Virus record (IMG/VR): IMGVR_UViG_3300017589_000256
Coordinates: 1-24,063 of that record
Source of the DNA: a virus
Taxonomy: Duplodnaviria > Caudoviricetes
Length of the DNA stretch: 24,063 bases
Strand: one strand, 5' to 3'
In this document: positions 21,195 to 24,063 of the stretch, one piece after another
How the letters are laid out: each line of letters begins with the position of its first letter
Position numbering within the stretch: position 1 is the stretch's first letter
Position numbers and translations under genes: made by a program
Notes under the pieces: generated by a model
The model's database searches: none
What the model saw: the letters and a program-made list of their open reading frames with translations, nothing else
What the model was told of the DNA's origin: nothing

Positions 21195-24063
21195 TAATAT
21201 TAAAGGTATAAAAATAGAGATTCGCGCTGAAACAACAGGGTTTCAGAAAGCTCTTAAAGCACTTGATGCAAGCACTAAAAAAACGCAGACAGAGTTAAGA
21301 GAAGTTAATAAATTACTAGAACTAAACCCGAGCAGTACAGAGTTGGTAACACAGAAACAACTGTTATTAGCTAAAGCAACGGATGAAACTAAGACTAAAC
21401 TTAAAGCATTGAAAGATGCCAAAGTCAAAGCTGATAAAGATATGGCTAACGGTACAGAAGTCAATGAAGAACAGTATCGAAAATTACAACGTGAAATTAT
21501 CGGCACAGAAACAAAGTTAAAAGGACTTGAACATCAGACTAAGGAACTCGGCAAAACAAACAAGAAAACTTTTGATGATGTTGCAAATAATTTGGATAAA
21601 TTCGGAGCGGGTGCTGAAAAAGCAGGTAAGAAACTTGCCCCTTTATCTGTTGCAGCTGGTGCGGTTGGTATAGCTTCAGCAAAAATGGCTATTGATTTTG
21701 AAGATGCAATGGCTAAAGTATCAACTATAGCTGACACAACAAAAGTGCCAATGGCAGATTTAGAAAAATCAATACTTAATTTATCAAATCAAACAGGTAT
21801 AAGTTCAACATTGATAGCTGATGACATTTACAATGCAATATCGGCAGGTCAGGACACAGCTGATGCGGTAAAGTTTGTAGAACAATCAACTAAACTTGCG
21901 AAGGCTGGATTTGCTGAAAGTTCACAAACACTTGATGTTTTGACAACTATACTAAATGCGTACGGTTTAGAGGCAAGTGAAACTGGCAAAATATCTGATA
22001 TGCTTATACAAACTCAAAATAAAGGTAAAACAACAGTTGCCGAATTATCAGAAAGTATGGGTAAGGTTATTCCAACTGCCAAAGGTCAAAATGTAGCGTT
22101 GGAACAATTAACGACATCATATGCGATTATGACAGCGAAAGGTATCAAAGCAACGGAAACAACAACTTATCTAAACTCAATGATTAATGAGTTAGGTAAA
22201 AGTGGAAGTAAGTCAAGTGATGTTCTAAAATCTGAAACAGGGAAATCATTTTCTGAACTGATGGCAAGTGGCAAAAGTCTTGCTGATGTTTTGCAAATTT
22301 TAAAAACAAATGCAGATAAAAACAACTTGTCTTTGGGTGATATGTTTGGCTCAGCTGAGGCTGGTAAAGCAGGATTAACACTATTGGGTGATGGCGCTGA
22401 TGTTTTCAATACAAGCTTAAATGAAATGCTCAATTCAACAGGTGCAACCGATGAAGCATTTAAAAAGATGCAAACAACATCTCAAAAGTTCAAAGAGGAT
22501 ATCAATAAGCTTAAAAATGCAGGTATTGACTTGGGAAAAGTATTAATGCAAGCACTTGCACCAGTTTTTGAAAAAATTTCAGAGGCAATTAAAAAGCTGA
22601 CTCAAAAATTTAGCAATATGTCAGACGAGCAAAAGAAAACAATCGTAACTATTTTATTGCTAGTAGCAGGACTTTCACCACTTCTCATTATGATTGGGAA
22701 AATGGCAACAGGAATATCAGCACTCATAAGTGCAGTAAAGTTATTGTGGATAGCTATATCCGCACATCCGATTATGACAGTTATTACTGCTCTAGGCTTG
22801 CTTGTAGGTGCGATAGTTATCTATCACAAAACAACAGGTCAAGCAAGAACTGCAACTGATGATTTTTGCGATAGCACAGATAAGCTAATCGAAAAAAGCA
22901 AAGAAACAATACAGTCTATAAAAGATAGCGCTGAAAGTTACAAGAAGCAAAGTGATGATATTTTAGCAAGTGCAGGTGCTAGTGGAATTTTAGCCGATAA
23001 GCTATATGATTTAAGTGAGAAAGAAAATAAAACCAATTCCGAAAAAGTAATAATGAAAGGGTTGGTAGAACAACTCAACGGTTTAATGCCTGACCTTAAC
23101 TTGCTGTTTAATGAAGAAACAGGATTACTTAATAAACAACGTGGTGAGGTTACTTTGCTTATTGAAGAACATAAAAAACTAGCACTTGTCAAAGCTGCCG
23201 AAGAACGTATAACTGAATTAGCAAAAAAGCAAGTGGAAAACGAATTTAATCAGCAAGATTTATTGCAACGCAAACAAGAAACTCAAAAGAAAATTAACGA
23301 GTTATCAGCAGAGTACAATAAAATTCTTTCTGATGCAAACGGCAAACAACTTACAGTAGCACAGATGGATGAAATGGACAGGGTTGCTATTGAATTAGAT
23401 AAACTTAAAGATAAGATGCCTGACATCGACAAACAGCTTAAAGTAACGCAAGACACAGCTAAAAAAACGGAAAAAGATTTAAATAAAACGTACGAATATA
23501 TCGATGTTAAATCTAAAACGGTCGCACAACTTTATGACGAAACACATCAAAGAATGGGTGAGAGTGTTGAGCAATTCAGAATAAGAACAGGCAACGCAAT
23601 AACAGGTACAATTGACGATATGGCAACTCTAGCGCCTAAAATTCCAGAGGGTGTTGGTTTAGCTATTTCTAGTCATTTATCAAGTGTTCAAACCGCAACA
23701 GCATCAATGCGAAATACAATCAAAAACGGCATGAGTGGTATGGTAGGCGATTTGACAAGCATAGCAACACAGGCAATGAATAGCTTGAACAGCACAATGC
23801 AAAATATGGGTGGTGACTTATTTAGGGCGATGTATGGTGATGAAGCTTACAACCAAGCAGGAGCCAACTTGCCAATGTTCGCAAATGGTGGTGTTTTGTC
23901 CAATGGTCAAGGTATCGTTGCTGAGGCGGGTCCCGAATTAATCACAATGATAAATGGTAGGGCAGTTATAAAACCTCTTTCAGGTGAAAGCAGAAACACT
24001 TTAGTTGGTGGTGGTAACAACAATAGCAGTGCAAAAAGCTATAATCAAACTGTCAACGTGTAT
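21187..24063 (+). CDS. Tail tape measure protein (TP901-like core), truncated by window end
   Basis: MASNIKGIKIEI...; FEDAMAKVSTIAD core; hydrophobic segment; near end FANGG....AEAGPE. 959 codons in window; missing from the ORF track, consistent with no stop in the window. Confidence 0.95.
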   Translation, partial: MASNIKGIKIEIRAETTGFQKALKALDASTKKTQTELREVNKLLELNPSSTELVTQKQLLLAKATDETKTKLKALKDAKVKADKDMANGTEVNEEQYRKLQREIIGTETKLKGLEHQTKELGKTNKKTFDDVANNLDKFGAGAEKAGKKLAPLSVAAGAVGIASAKMAIDFEDAMAKVSTIADTTKVPMADLEKSILNLSNQTGISSTLIADDIYNAISAGQDTADAVKFVEQSTKLAKAGFAESSQTLDVLTTILNAYGLEASETGKISDMLIQTQNKGKTTVAELSESMGKVIPTAKGQNVALEQLTTSYAIMTAKGIKATETTTYLNSMINELGKSGSKSSDVLKSETGKSFSELMASGKSLADVLQILKTNADKNNLSLGDMFGSAEAGKAGLTLLGDGADVFNTSLNEMLNSTGATDEAFKKMQTTSQKFKEDINKLKNAGIDLGKVLMQALAPVFEKISEAIKKLTQKFSNMSDEQKKTIVTILLLVAGLSPLLIMIGKMATGISALISAVKLLWIAISAHPIMTVITALGLLVGAIVIYHKTTGQARTATDDFCDSTDKLIEKSKETIQSIKDSAESYKKQSDDILASAGASGILADKLYDLSEKENKTNSEKVIMKGLVEQLNGLMPDLNLLFNEETGLLNKQRGEVTLLIEEHKKLALVKAAEERITELAKKQVENEFNQQDLLQRKQETQKKINELSAEYNKILSDANGKQLTVAQMDEMDRVAIELDKLKDKMPDIDKQLKVTQDTAKKTEKDLNKTYEYIDVKSKTVAQLYDETHQRMGESVEQFRIRTGNAITGTIDDMATLAPKIPEGVGLAISSHLSSVQTATASMRNTIKNGMSGMVGDLTSIATQAMNSLNSTMQNMGGDLFRAMYGDEAYNQAGANLPMFANGGVLSNGQGIVAEAGPELITMINGRAVIKPLSGESRNTLVGGGNNNSSAKSYNQTVNVY

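Larger units (their letters stand above)
748..24063. mobile_element. Temperate siphovirus-type prophage (HK97-like head, probably cos packaging), continues beyond the window
   Basis: Canonical order: integrase, repressor/Cro, early genes, ArpU, HNH, terminases, portal, ClpP protease, capsid, connectors, tail tube, chaperone, tape measure. Confidence 0.97.

Noticed and set aside
5059-23192. Many 60-110 aa minus-strand ORFs across the early and structural regions
   Set aside because: They overlap convincing plus-strand phage genes and look like reverse-frame artefacts.
1-24063. CRISPR array, tRNA/rRNA, IS element, reverse transcriptase or diversity-generating retroelement
   Set aside because: No regularly spaced repeats, cloverleaf, transposase or RT motifs were seen by eye; a recombination directionality factor also could not be identified.

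Overview
The window is the left ~23 kb of a temperate, siphovirus-type prophage in a low-GC spore-forming Firmicute (Clostridia-like; inferred from gene content). It is integrated inside a manganese catalase/spore-coat cotJC-type gene: only the 3' part (1-~747, minus strand) is present, and homology stops ~15 nt from the stop codon of a large serine recombinase. The order is: lysogeny module (integrase, 2-TM protein, HsdR_N-like nuclease, CI/LexA-type repressor); a clear CI/Cro switch with 15-bp operators inside both promoters; early genes, where the only replication candidate is an HUH rolling-circle-type Rep preceded by a structured leader and a predicted ~77-nt antisense RNA; Lar-like, VRR-NUC and several tiny Cys-rich ORFs; ArpU/RinA regulator; orphan DNA methyltransferase; two morons (a frameshifted HipA-like kinase plus intact HipS-like/HIRAN partner, and a multi-TM protein); then HNH, cos-like region, terminases, HK97-type head, tail genes, a tail chaperone with a -1 frameshift signal and a tape measure gene running off the end. 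All calls are motif-based readings, not database results.
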